Assembly (NCBI GenBank): GCA_964586965.1
Contig: CAZPJU010000003.1
Coordinates: forward strand, 1 to 32,548
Direction: 5' to 3'
DNA: 32,548 nucleotides
Source of the DNA: an uncultured Lachnospiraceae bacterium
Lineage (GTDB): Bacteria; Bacillota; Clostridia; Oscillospirales; CAG-272
The notes beneath the pieces were generated by a model. It saw only the letters and a program-made list of their open reading frames with translations. It ran no database searches and was not told where the DNA came from. This document shows positions 18,417 to 28,015 of this stretch, in pieces. The position numbers were made by a program, and so were the translations under genes. Numbering within the stretch: the first letter of the stretch is position 1; each line of letters starts with the position of its first letter.

Positions 18417-18451
18417 AAAACGGCGCGTACGCTTTGTACGCGCCGTTTTTT
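18417..18451 (+). terminator. Intrinsic terminator
   Basis: AAAACGGCGCGTAC-GCTTT-GTACGCGCCGTTTT perfect 14-bp stem followed by a T-run. Confidence 0.8.
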
Positions 18452-18481
18452 GTAAAAAATAAGACAAAGGTTGGTATTTTT

Positions 18482-19954
18482 ATGACAAACATCCCCGAAA
18501 TTAAGCTTGGAATCATTTCCGTTTCACGAGACTGCTTCGTAATCACACTTTCTGAAAAGAGACGCGCCGCAGTTGTTGCCGAATATGGAAAAAAGTACGG
18601 CGAGATATACAACTGCTCCGTAACGGTTGAGTCCGAATGCGATATGCTTCGTGCTGTTGACGAAGTCAAATCCGCAGGATGCAATGCGCTTGTGGTTTTT
18701 CTCGGAAATTTCGGCCCCGAAACGCCCGAAACGCTTATCGCCAAGCACTTTGACGGTCCCGTTATGTACTGCGCGGCAGCGGAAGAAAACGTCGGCGTGC
18801 TCACCTCCGAGAGAGGAGACGCATACTGCGGTATTCTGAACTGCTCCTACAATCTCGGACTACGCAATCTTCGAGCGTTCATTCCTGAAAATCCTGTCGG
18901 TGATGCCGGCGAGGTTGCCGATTTGATTGCAGATTTCGTTCCCGTTGCAACAGCTCTCATCGGCGTTTCGGATTTGAAAATAATCACATTCGGTCCACGT
19001 CCGCAGGATTTCCTTGCCTGCAACGCCCCTATCAAACCGCTTTTCGATCTCGGAGTTGAGATCGAAGAAAATTCCGAGCTTGACCTACTCGTCGCATACA
19101 GACAGCACGAGGGCGATGCACGCATTCCCGCCATCATTGAGGACATGAAATCAGAGCTGACCGTTTCGCCTTCAATGGAGGGAATTCTTCCCCGTCTTGC
19201 ACAATACGAATGCACGCTTCTCGACTGGGCAGATACACATCGCGGAAGCCGCAAGTATGTTGCGTTTGCAAACAAATGTTGGCCTTCGTTCCAAACGGAA
19301 TTCAAATTCTGCCCCTGTTACGTCAACTCGCGTTTGACCTCGCGCGGAATTCCCGTTGCCTGCGAGGTTGACATTTACGGTGCACTTTCCGAATACATAG
19401 GACTTTGCGTTTCCGGCTCTCCCGTGACACTTCTCGACATCAACAACACCGTCCCCAAGGATATGTACAACGAGCACATCACCGGATACAAGCTCAATGA
19501 AACTTTCATGGGATTCCACTGCGGAAACACCCCCGCTTGTCTTATAAACGATCCTACTATGAAATATCAGCTCATAATGAAGCGCTCTCTCGAACCGGAC
19601 GGCGAACCGGATATCACACGCGGAACGATTGAAGGCGCGATTAAGTCAGGTAAGATCACGTTCTTCCGTTTGCAGAGCAATGCGGAAGGTCAGCTCAAGG
19701 CTTATATCGCCAACGGCGAAGTTCTCCCCGTTAATCCCTGCTCATTCGGCGGCATCGGAGTATTTGCAATTCCCGAAATGGGTCGCTTCTACCGCCATGT
19801 TCTCGTTGAAAAACGTTATCCCCACCACGGTGCAGTCGCTTTCGGTCACCACGGAAAGGCGCTTTTCGAAGTGTTCAAATATCTCGGCGTAACCGATATT
19901 GCGTACAATCATCCGTCAGGCGTTCTTTACCCCTCCGAAAATCCGTTTGCTTAA
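18482..19954 (+). CDS. L-fucose/L-arabinose isomerase family protein (possible clostridial XylA-II-type pentose isomerase)
   Basis: MTNIPEIKLGIISVSRDCF start; FLGNFGPE, RGDAYCG, KCWP, ACEVDIYG, LLDINN, GFHCGN and YPHHGA motifs, including candidate metal ligands E, D and H. ATG 18482 preferred over TTG 18434, which lies inside the terminator. Confidence 0.88.
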   Translation: MTNIPEIKLGIISVSRDCFVITLSEKRRAAVVAEYGKKYGEIYNCSVTVESECDMLRAVDEVKSAGCNALVVFLGNFGPETPETLIAKHFDGPVMYCAAAEENVGVLTSERGDAYCGILNCSYNLGLRNLRAFIPENPVGDAGEVADLIADFVPVATALIGVSDLKIITFGPRPQDFLACNAPIKPLFDLGVEIEENSELDLLVAYRQHEGDARIPAIIEDMKSELTVSPSMEGILPRLAQYECTLLDWADTHRGSRKYVAFANKCWPSFQTEFKFCPCYVNSRLTSRGIPVACEVDIYGALSEYIGLCVSGSPVTLLDINNTVPKDMYNEHITGYKLNETFMGFHCGNTPACLINDPTMKYQLIMKRSLEPDGEPDITRGTIEGAIKSGKITFFRLQSNAEGQLKAYIANGEVLPVNPCSFGGIGVFAIPEMGRFYRHVLVEKRYPHHGAVAFGHHGKALFEVFKYLGVTDIAYNHPSGVLYPSENPFA

Positions 19955-19965
19955 TTTTCGAAACA

Positions 19966-19995
19966 AAAAATCCTCCGAGACATCGGAGGATTTTT
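19966..19995. terminator. Bidirectional intrinsic terminator between the isomerase gene and the convergent mrp-like operon
   Basis: AAAAATCCTCCGA-GACA-TCGGAGGATTTTT perfect inverted repeat. Confidence 0.88.
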
Positions 19996-20001
19996 ATTTT
20001 A

Positions 20002-22002
20002 TCAAATTGAAAGGATGATCGCAAAGATAATTACGCAAACACCTATCGCCGTTACAATAAGCGCATAGGAGAAATTGTCCGTTACCCCCGAAGAAAGGAT
20101 CGTAACTTCGGTTCTGAGCGAATCGCGTATCGGGTGAGGCTTGATGCTATCATTTTCCTTTTCAAGCAGACGCTTCGCATCCGACGCACGGAACACCGTT
20201 CGCTTGGCTACGTAAATCATAAGATCAAGCAGATCCGAAAGAACGTGAGCAACAAACAGCAACGTTGACTTTGCCAAACGATATATCGCGCCCGATACGA
20301 TATTTTCACCGAAAAAGTGCGCAATATACGTAAGCGCTGCTGTCAATCCCTTGATAACAGGCACGTAAACCGACTTTTCAAGATCTGCCCACGACGGCAA
20401 AATATCAACATAACATTCTTTCCTCTTGGTTGCAGTACGAACGAACAGGAAATAAACGGCAACGCCGATGAGTATCGTATATACGGCACCGGAGAGGCAC
20501 TCCCAACCGAAGTACTTCACTCCTACGGCAGGATCTCCTCCGACGAAAAACGCCGCGCGTTTGCCGATATATTCAGCGACAGCGGGGATGCCCGTAAACA
20601 GTACGGGAACGCACGCAGAAGCAAGTGCCGATCTTGTAAGCGGATTTTCGTATCGCTTCGACGTATGTTCATTTGCGTTGTTTTCCGGCTTTTCGATGAA
20701 AAGTATCACAAACAGCTTTGTCATATATGCAAGTGTGCATCCGCCACCGACAAGGAAAAGTATTTCGGCAACTTTTGCAAATGCAAGTTCACCGACACAT
20801 TCGAGGATCGCCTCATGGATGAGCGTTTTCGCAATATATCCTCCGGTTCCGGGGATTCCGGCAAGTCCTGCTCCTCCGATAACAAACGCGATGCAGAAAA
20901 GCGGCTTTCCGCGTCCCCAACCGCGAATCGAATTGAGATCAAGCTTATGAAGATTCATGTAAAGCACACCGGCTGCGGAGAACAGGATCAGCTTCATCAT
21001 GGAATGATTCAGCATATAAAGTACAACACCGGTAGCGGCGCCGGAATTATGCTCGCCCAATACTGACGCTGCGGCAATGCCCGTAACTATGAAGCCGATT
21101 TGCGACATAGACGAGCAGGCAAGCGTTCGCTTGAGATTGACGGAAACAAGCGCCAAAAACGCGCCGAGCAAAAGCGTTACCACTCCGAATATCATCAGCA
21201 TAGCGCTCCATTTGACATTTGCATAAAACATCGTAACGCTTACGACAACGATTCCGTAAACGCCCACCTTTGTAAGTACGCCGGAAAGAAGCGCAGACGC
21301 AGGTGCCGGTGCAACCGGATGCGCCTTCGGCAACCAAATGTGAAGCGGTATCATACCCGCTTTGGCTGCAAATCCGAAAAGCAGCAAAAGTCCCGATATA
21401 AATTTGGATGTTTGCGGCATACTTGAAACCGCATCCGAAATTTCCGCAATTGCCAAAGTTCCTGTATGCTCATATAGGAACACAAGTCCGAGAAGCATTA
21501 TCATGCCGCCGAAGATCGCGGTTGCAAGATAAGTTTTCGCAGCGGCGATCGCATCGTCGGTCTCATCATGCAAAACCCAAACAAATGACGCAAACGAAAC
21601 GATCTCGAAGAAAATAAACGTTGTTGCAAGGTTTGTGGAAAGGAAAACTCCGAGAGTTGCGGAGAAAGTAACAAGCCAAAAGAAGATCAGACGAGCGCGA
21701 TTTTTGTAATGACTGAGGTATTCGGGCAGAAGCGCCGTTGTAACACTCCACATAAATGAAGCAACGAGCGCATAAAGCGAGCGGAATCCGTCCGATCCGA
21801 GCGCAAACAACGCAGGCGCGCTGCCAACGGAAACCGAAAGTTTAACGTCTGCAAAGAAAAGATACGCAAAAAGTGCTGTTTCGACAATTGCCGAAGCAAG
21901 TGTAAGTACATACGCGAAGCGTAAGTTTCGTTTAGCGACAAAATACGCTACGGGAGCAAACAAAAGCGGCAAAATCACCGCTATCAACAGTAAAAAGTTC
22001 AT
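20002..22002 (-). CDS. Antiporter-like proton-conducting subunit 4 (HyfB/MrpA/NuoL-like, with C-terminal extension)
   Basis: FIFFEI, GFAAKAGMIPLHIWLPKAHP, SGVLTKVG, LKRTLACSS, NHSMMK and GIPGTGGYIAK motifs; 666 aa, about 160-190 aa longer than its paralogs. Confidence 0.9.
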   Translation of the reverse strand: MNFLLLIAVILPLLFAPVAYFVAKRNLRFAYVLTLASAIVETALFAYLFFADVKLSVSVGSAPALFALGSDGFRSLYALVASFMWSVTTALLPEYLSHYKNRARLIFFWLVTFSATLGVFLSTNLATTFIFFEIVSFASFVWVLHDETDDAIAAAKTYLATAIFGGMIMLLGLVFLYEHTGTLAIAEISDAVSSMPQTSKFISGLLLLFGFAAKAGMIPLHIWLPKAHPVAPAPASALLSGVLTKVGVYGIVVVSVTMFYANVKWSAMLMIFGVVTLLLGAFLALVSVNLKRTLACSSMSQIGFIVTGIAAASVLGEHNSGAATGVVLYMLNHSMMKLILFSAAGVLYMNLHKLDLNSIRGWGRGKPLFCIAFVIGGAGLAGIPGTGGYIAKTLIHEAILECVGELAFAKVAEILFLVGGGCTLAYMTKLFVILFIEKPENNANEHTSKRYENPLTRSALASACVPVLFTGIPAVAEYIGKRAAFFVGGDPAVGVKYFGWECLSGAVYTILIGVAVYFLFVRTATKRKECYVDILPSWADLEKSVYVPVIKGLTAALTYIAHFFGENIVSGAIYRLAKSTLLFVAHVLSDLLDLMIYVAKRTVFRASDAKRLLEKENDSIKPHPIRDSLRTEVTILSSGVTDNFSYALIVTAIGVCVIIFAIILSI

Positions 22003-22017
22003 ATTCAGCCCCCTTTT

Positions 22018-23478
22018 TTATATAATTCCGGACGCAATTGCGCGGCAAATATCAACTATTCCGCCTGCTGAAACGCCCAAAACAACATTCGCCAAAGCAA
22101 ATATCACCATCGGAATACACATACCGACAACATCTTTTCCGTCTGCTTTTGTCTCGCCCTTAACCGGTAAGAACGCACGTACAGCCGGAGTAATCGAGTA
22201 TACGGCACACAAAAACGCGGAAACAAGCAACGCCGCAGCAGAAGCGACGCCCCATCCGCTTCCGGATCCGATTGCAGATGTGACAAGCTGCCACTTTGAA
22301 ACAAAACCGGACGTCAGCGGTATACCGGTAAGCGCAAGTGCGGAAACCGCATAGCAAACAAACGTAATCGGCATCTTGTAACCGATGCCGTCAAGCTCGT
22401 AAACATACGCTTTTCCCGTGCTGTGCATAAACGCACCTGCAGCAAGGAAAGCGTTCATTTTGATAAGTGCATGGAAAAGCATATGGCAAAGCGCAGCGGC
22501 AAATCCCGCTCTTGTGCAAAGGAGCACACCTATCAAAATATACGAAAGGTTGGACACTGTCGAATAAGCGAGTCTGCGCTTGAAATGACGTTCTTTGATG
22601 GCTAAAATCGCCGCGAAAACAGCCGTAAATACAGCAAGCGCAAGTCCGACCTTACCTGACCAAAATTCAGCAACAAGACCTTCTCCGAACACATAATACA
22701 CAGTTCTCATCACCGCAAACACACCGGCTTTTACAACCGCAACGGAATGAAGCAATGCCGTAACGGGAGTGGGCGCGACGGAAGCGATGGGAAGCCAATG
22801 ATAAAACGGGAAAATACACGATTTGACGCCGAACCCGAGCAGGATAAACAAAAAGATCACATTTATAACGGGATCTCCAGCCGAAACAAGCTCAAGCACG
22901 CCGCCGAGCGTGAAATCCGGCGAGCCTACGTAAGACGTAAGAACTACGATGCCCACAAAAGCAAACGCCGCTCCTCCGAGCTGATACGCCGCGTATATAT
23001 ATCCTGCGCGAACATCTTTCTTTTTGCATCCATGCATAACGAGCGGTATTGTTGCCATCGTAAGCATTTCATAAAAGAAATAAAGCGTTATGAGATTTCC
23101 CGCCATGCTGACTCCGCCGGTTGCGGCGAAAGTAAGGACGAAGAACGTATAAAACATATGCTTGTGATCTTCGTTTTTCATATAGAAAAACGCATAGAAT
23201 GTCACAAAAACGGCAAGCGTCGAGGTCATCGCGGCAAAGAAACAGCCGAGACCGTCAAGCCTGAGCACTATCGGGAGAGCATCCGTAAAGGAAAACAGAT
23301 AAAGTGCTCCTTCCGGGCGTTCAAGGACAAGCATCCACGTAACGACGGCATTGAGTACCATAACCGTTTCGGTTATGATATTACGTAACGTTTCGCTTAC
23401 CTTATTATAGCAAAACCACAAAACGATTCCGCCGACGAGCGGGATCACTATCGGTAACAAAAGAAAGTATTCGTTCAT
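22018..23478 (-). CDS. mrpD: Antiporter-like proton-conducting subunit 3 (MrpD/MrpA-family)
   Basis: YFFYEM, GFGVKSCIFPFYHWLP, LLHSVAVVKAG, KRRLAYST, HALIK and GIPLTSGFVSK motifs. Confidence 0.88.
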   Translation of the reverse strand: MNEYFLLLPIVIPLVGGIVLWFCYNKVSETLRNIITETVMVLNAVVTWMLVLERPEGALYLFSFTDALPIVLRLDGLGCFFAAMTSTLAVFVTFYAFFYMKNEDHKHMFYTFFVLTFAATGGVSMAGNLITLYFFYEMLTMATIPLVMHGCKKKDVRAGYIYAAYQLGGAAFAFVGIVVLTSYVGSPDFTLGGVLELVSAGDPVINVIFLFILLGFGVKSCIFPFYHWLPIASVAPTPVTALLHSVAVVKAGVFAVMRTVYYVFGEGLVAEFWSGKVGLALAVFTAVFAAILAIKERHFKRRLAYSTVSNLSYILIGVLLCTRAGFAAALCHMLFHALIKMNAFLAAGAFMHSTGKAYVYELDGIGYKMPITFVCYAVSALALTGIPLTSGFVSKWQLVTSAIGSGSGWGVASAAALLVSAFLCAVYSITPAVRAFLPVKGETKADGKDVVGMCIPMVIFALANVVLGVSAGGIVDICRAIASGII

Positions 23479-23481
23479 AGC

Positions 23482-24912
23482 TTAAATAAGAGGGGCGACA
23501 ACAGCTTCGATCGCACTTGTGATCGGTCCGCCGAGGACGCCGACGATGACGGACAACGCGCAGAAAATTATCATTGGAACTGTCATTGAAAGAGGTGCTT
23601 CGTCTTTCTTTTCGGGAGTGAAATCACGTCCGGGGAAGAAAGCGTTTATAACGGGGACGAACAAGTATCCGGCAGTAAGAAGCGCAGATATGATCAGGCA
23701 AACGGGCACAAGCACATCAAAAGCGCCCATATCCATTGACGCGCCGCCGAGAGCGAGCGACCATTTGGAAACGAATCCCGCCATGGGAGGAATTCCTATG
23801 AGCGAAAGCGATGCAACGGTGAAGCAGCCCATCGTGACGGGCATACGTTTGCCGATTCCCGTCAGATCATCGACGTTTGTGCGTCCGGTTTTATATATGA
23901 TCGCACCTGCGCAGAGGAAAAGCGCGTTTTTCGCAAGCGCATGGGCGATAACGTGCATGATCGAGCCTGTCACACCGGTAACTGTAAGCGTTGCAAGTCC
24001 GAGCATGACGTACGATACATTACTGACCGTTGAATATGCGAGGCGCTTTTTAAGCACCTTTTCGCGATACGCCATGGCAGAGCCCATGACGACAGTAATC
24101 ATTGCAAGCACAAGCCAAGCCTTACCAACCCAACTTCCGCGAACATAATCAGCTCCGACAGAATAGAAAACAACGCGAATAACGGCGATTATTCCGGCTT
24201 TGGCGATAACCGCGGAAAGTACCGCGGACGCAGGAGCAGGCGCAACGGGATGCGCCGTGGGAAGCCAACCGTGCATGGGGTACATACCTGCTTTTGTTCC
24301 GAATCCTACGATTGCAAGAAGCAGTGCAACAGGAAGCCACTTGCTGTCCGCTGTGAGATTTCCCCCCACCGTGAAAGCGCCGCCTGTTGCGTTATAGATA
24401 AAGAAGATACCGAAAAGTCCCATAAATCCGCCGGCAATCGAATAGAAAAGGTACTTTAGCGCAGCCGCAACTGCCGATTTTTCGCCCGAATGAAGCACGA
24501 GCGGCATTGACATCAGCGTTACAAGCTCAAACGAGAGGTACATCGTAACAAGATTTGCCGAAAAAGCAAGTGCGAAAAGCATTCCGAGTGAAATGAGATA
24601 AAACGCGAAGAATCTGTCGTCATGTCCCTCGTGCTTTATATATGTAAATGCATAGATCATAACCAAGATCCACGAAACGGAAATGACTGCGGTGAAGATC
24701 TTGGAGATTCCGTCAACGGCAAAGGTTATATCAAGACCTTCCGCCATTGAAAAGAGCGTAAAGCTTTTACCCTTCCATGCATACACGGCGGCAAAAGCGA
24801 CTGTTAAAACGGTTGCGGCACTGACATAGATCCTGCGTACCGTATCCTTCGGCTTGAGAATCGGCAGGAGCGCGCCCGCCAAAACAGCCGTTAATATTGC
24901 AAAAACTATCAT
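23482..24912 (-). CDS. mrpD: Antiporter-like proton-conducting subunit 2 (MrpD family)
   Basis: YLSFEL, GFGTKAGMYPMHGWLPTAHP, AVIAKAG, KKRLAYST, HALAK and GIPPMAGFVSK motifs. Confidence 0.9.
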   Translation of the reverse strand: MIVFAILTAVLAGALLPILKPKDTVRRIYVSAATVLTVAFAAVYAWKGKSFTLFSMAEGLDITFAVDGISKIFTAVISVSWILVMIYAFTYIKHEGHDDRFFAFYLISLGMLFALAFSANLVTMYLSFELVTLMSMPLVLHSGEKSAVAAALKYLFYSIAGGFMGLFGIFFIYNATGGAFTVGGNLTADSKWLPVALLLAIVGFGTKAGMYPMHGWLPTAHPVAPAPASAVLSAVIAKAGIIAVIRVVFYSVGADYVRGSWVGKAWLVLAMITVVMGSAMAYREKVLKKRLAYSTVSNVSYVMLGLATLTVTGVTGSIMHVIAHALAKNALFLCAGAIIYKTGRTNVDDLTGIGKRMPVTMGCFTVASLSLIGIPPMAGFVSKWSLALGGASMDMGAFDVLVPVCLIISALLTAGYLFVPVINAFFPGRDFTPEKKDEAPLSMTVPMIIFCALSVIVGVLGGPITSAIEAVVAPLI

Positions 24913-24953
24913 AGCTAAAGTCCTTATATTTCAGTTTAATTCAAAAATCAAGT

Positions 24954-26480
24954 TTACGCAAGCATAGAGACGCCGAGCGTCAGCATATTGGTTAAGAACT
25001 GCGGATTGAATCCGAGGAAGATTATCGCGGCTCCAAAGCACACAAGCACAACCGCAAGTCCTATATCGTGCTTTGAAAGCTCGCCTTCTTTGTAAAAATA
25101 CTCGGTTTTGCCGAAACGATCCGCTTCCGCAGACGGAGTGAAAATTCTGATGACGGTACGGATAAAGTAAAGCGCATTCAGTATCGTGCTGACTGCAAGA
25201 GCGGCAAGCACAATAAGCTCAACCGTACCGCGGTGCGAAGTCGCCGCAATTGCAAAGTAAAGCTTTGATGAAAATCCGGCAAGCGACGGGATACCAGTCA
25301 TTGACATAGCTCCGATTGCGAATGCGATTCCGGCTTTTTTATTTCGGATCGCAGATCCTTGCAAGTGCTTAAATTCCTGACTGTCGCCGGAAACTTCCGA
25401 CAGTCTCGCGCCGGAAAGGAACAAAAGAGGTTTTGTAATCGCATGAACGATCATTCCGAACAGAGCCGCAACAAATCCGCTCGTTCCGCCGAGTCCGATA
25501 CCGACGAAAATATATCCGATTTGGGACGCCGACGAATACGCTATCATTCTGTTAAGATGACGTGAATTCATCGCAAAAATCGATCCCATTATCATACCGC
25601 AAAGTCCGAGCATGAGCAAAATATGACGTGCGGAATTAAAAGCTTCCGTTTCTATGCCGACGACTCGGTACAGTACCTTTATAAGAAGGAAAATATATCC
25701 CTTGGAAATTATTCCGGAAAGTATCGCAGATGACGCGGGGGTGGCGCATCCGTATGTATCCGGCATCCACGTATGGAACGGAAAAAGTCCCGATTTGATG
25801 GCAAGTCCTGCCGATATTATTCCGACGGTGACCGTAAGCGGAAGCGCATATTCGCCCGTTACGTCAAGCTTTGCCACGCCCTCTCCTATGTATTCCATCA
25901 AAAGATGGCCGGTTATTCCGTAAAACAAAGTTGATCCTATAAGGAACAACCCCGAACCAAGCAGATTCAGAACCATATATCGAGTTGCCGCAAGTGCGGT
26001 ACGTCCGCTTCTTCGGATAACGAGTATTCCGCAGGATGCAAGCGTCAATATTTCAAGGAAAACGTAGCCTGTGAAAATATCGTTTGTGTATGTGAGAGAC
26101 ATGAGCGCCGCGCCGACAAGATTAAGCAATGTACAGTACAAATTGCGACGCTTTTCGGGAATATCAACATCAATATATCTTGCGCCTCCGATATGAGAAA
26201 GCAAAAGCACTGCCGAAAATGTAAGCGCCATAACTCCTTCGGCTACGCCGGCACGGAGCTGGTTGCTCCACGGGGCGTCAAAATGTCCCATATCGTATGT
26301 AAAATATGTTCCGTTACCAAGCGTATAAACAAGCACGGAAACGGAAAAGAAAACAAGCAACGATTCAACGATCAATGTAACTATACGAGCCGCGCGAGCT
26401 TTCAAAATCGAGCACAACACAGCGGCAAAAAGGCATATTACAACCGAAAAGAAAGGAAAATTACAAACAAAATCCATCAT
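24954..26480 (-). CDS. mrpD: Antiporter-like proton-conducting subunit 1 (MrpD/MbhH-like)
   Basis: DIFTGYVFLEI, GLAIKSGLFPFHTWMPD, SGIISKG, RMIAYSS, HAITK and GIPSLAGFSSK motifs; ATGA-coupled to mrpC. Confidence 0.9.
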   Translation of the reverse strand: MMDFVCNFPFFSVVICLFAAVLCSILKARAARIVTLIVESLLVFFSVSVLVYTLGNGTYFTYDMGHFDAPWSNQLRAGVAEGVMALTFSAVLLLSHIGGARYIDVDIPEKRRNLYCTLLNLVGAALMSLTYTNDIFTGYVFLEILTLASCGILVIRRSGRTALAATRYMVLNLLGSGLFLIGSTLFYGITGHLLMEYIGEGVAKLDVTGEYALPLTVTVGIISAGLAIKSGLFPFHTWMPDTYGCATPASSAILSGIISKGYIFLLIKVLYRVVGIETEAFNSARHILLMLGLCGMIMGSIFAMNSRHLNRMIAYSSASQIGYIFVGIGLGGTSGFVAALFGMIVHAITKPLLFLSGARLSEVSGDSQEFKHLQGSAIRNKKAGIAFAIGAMSMTGIPSLAGFSSKLYFAIAATSHRGTVELIVLAALAVSTILNALYFIRTVIRIFTPSAEADRFGKTEYFYKEGELSKHDIGLAVVLVCFGAAIIFLGFNPQFLTNMLTLGVSMLA

Positions 26481-26857
26481 CTGTGCTCATGCCTTTCTCT
26501 CGCCGCGGAGTATATCTCATCCAGATTCAGAGTATGATATTTTTCATAAAGTCGAACAGTCAGCGAAAGCATGACTGCGGTAACACTGACGGAAACGACG
26601 ATACCCGTCAAAACGAGTGCGGACGGAACGGGATTTATATACGAAAGCGCACTTGTGTCACCGCCCTCGATTATCGGCGCCTTTCTGCCGGCGATATAAC
26701 CGAGAGACGCAAGAAAAAGATATATACCCGTATCCATAATATTCATGCCGATCAGCTTTCGTATGAGATTGCGTCCGAAAAGAAGCATCATAAAACCGAT
26801 ACAAAAAAGGATAAGCGCGATTGCTTCCTCATAATTAGCGATAAGTTTTTCAATCAT
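26477..26857 (-). CDS. mrpC: Cation:proton antiporter subunit C (MrpC/MbhG/NuoK-like)
   Basis: NLIRKLIGMNI and NPVPSALVLTGIVV motifs; ATG 26857 overlaps the upstream TAA; GGAGG RBS. Confidence 0.9.
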   Translation of the reverse strand: MIEKLIANYEEAIALILFCIGFMMLLFGRNLIRKLIGMNIMDTGIYLFLASLGYIAGRKAPIIEGGDTSALSYINPVPSALVLTGIVVSVSVTAVMLSLTVRLYEKYHTLNLDEIYSAARERHEHR

Positions 26858-27759
26858 TAAAAACGCCTCCATCCGAGCACGCGGTAAATGCTGTACATTG
26901 TTGATGCAACAACCATTCCGACCGCTATATTAAGCGGCAGGACAAATCCCGCGCTGAAAATATTGCCGATCGTGCCGTGACCGACACCGAGCGGAAGTCC
27001 GTTTGCGCCCGTATAGAACGTATAGCTTTTCATAAAGCAATACGAAGAAAGTGCAACGAACGATATGATCTTATAGTTTCGTTCGGACATAAAACGTCCG
27101 GACGCATCCTCGCCGAACGCCGCCGACAGCAAAATCAGCGCTGCTCCGATAACGGCTCCGCCGGAAAATCCGCCGCCCGGCGAAAGATGTCCGTTAAGGA
27201 TTATATAAATGCCGAACATCAAAATGAGCGGTATTATCGCTGTTGCGGTCTTACGCATTATAGGATCTCCCGAAAGATCACTGAATTCAAGTTTTGCCGA
27301 TTTTACAGCCTCATCATCATGAGAATCCGCCAACAAAATGGCAAGCACGCAGGTAACGGCGCAAAACAGAACAAACGATTCACCGAGCGTATCAAATCCT
27401 CTGTATTCGAGAATAATTCCCGTTATGATATTGACCGTTCCCGTTTCCTGCAAGCCATGTTCAAGGTACTCGTAGCTGACCATATCCATCTGCTCCGCAT
27501 CAGTACCGAACCTCGGCATTTCGGCAACTGTCGCCATCAAAAGTCCGCAAAGCAAAAAAAGGCAAACAACTCCGAGCAGTACATAAACGACGTGAACGAA
27601 TTTTTTATGCTTAAATTCGCTGAAATCAAACGAACGGTGGCCAAGCTCAGGCTCTCCGGACGCGCCGGGTTCCGGCAATTTTTCATCCTCGTCGAGATCA
27701 AAATCCCCCGACAGCCACAAAAGAAACTTATTTTTCATCTTTGTTTTGTTCGGTTTCAT
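26857..27759 (-). CDS. mrpB: MbhE+MrpB(MbhF) fusion subunit
   Basis: TGTVNIITGIILEYRGFDTLGE (MbhE/MrpA C-terminal motif), followed by NGHLSPGGGFSGG (MrpB). Start uncertain (27759 or 27738). Confidence 0.88.
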   Translation of the reverse strand: MKPNKTKMKNKFLLWLSGDFDLDEDEKLPEPGASGEPELGHRSFDFSEFKHKKFVHVVYVLLGVVCLFLLCGLLMATVAEMPRFGTDAEQMDMVSYEYLEHGLQETGTVNIITGIILEYRGFDTLGESFVLFCAVTCVLAILLADSHDDEAVKSAKLEFSDLSGDPIMRKTATAIIPLILMFGIYIILNGHLSPGGGFSGGAVIGAALILLSAAFGEDASGRFMSERNYKIISFVALSSYCFMKSYTFYTGANGLPLGVGHGTIGNIFSAGFVLPLNIAVGMVVASTMYSIYRVLGWRRF

Positions 27760-28015
27760 TCTTATGCTCTGCCTCCATTCTTCCGATTTTATGTAGCGCA
27801 ATGTAAAACATTACGCCGGACACACCCGCACCTACAGCAGCTTCCGTTACCGCAAGATCGGGAGATTCAAGCAACGCCCACACAAGCGCCATTATAAGGC
27901 TGTACCCGGTAAAACAGATCACAGCATGAAGAGTACGCTTCGTGCACGCAGAAGCAACAGCGCAAATAACGAGCATCACAAGAAGTATTATTCTGATTAT
28001 TTCAATTGATCCCAT
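27728..28015 (-). CDS. DUF4040/MbhD-like small membrane subunit
   Basis: LESPDLAVTEAAVGAG motif; ATG 28015 follows GAAAGGAG. Confidence 0.88.
   Translation of the reverse strand: MGSIEIIRIILLVMLVICAVASACTKRTLHAVICFTGYSLIMALVWALLESPDLAVTEAAVGAGVSGVMFYIALHKIGRMEAEHKNETEQNKDEK

Noticed and set aside
20002-26480. Calling the four large subunits NADH dehydrogenase (nuoL/M/N) or hydrogenase-4
   Set aside because: No NuoA/H/J or catalytic subunits are present, and the presence of mrpE, F and G identifies an Mrp/Mbh-type cation module.
20317-27897. Long antisense ORFs (e.g. 20317-21066, 22747-23388, 23519-24148, 26977-27897)
   Set aside because: These are typical stop-poor shadow frames opposite hydrophobic membrane genes, with no recognisable motifs.
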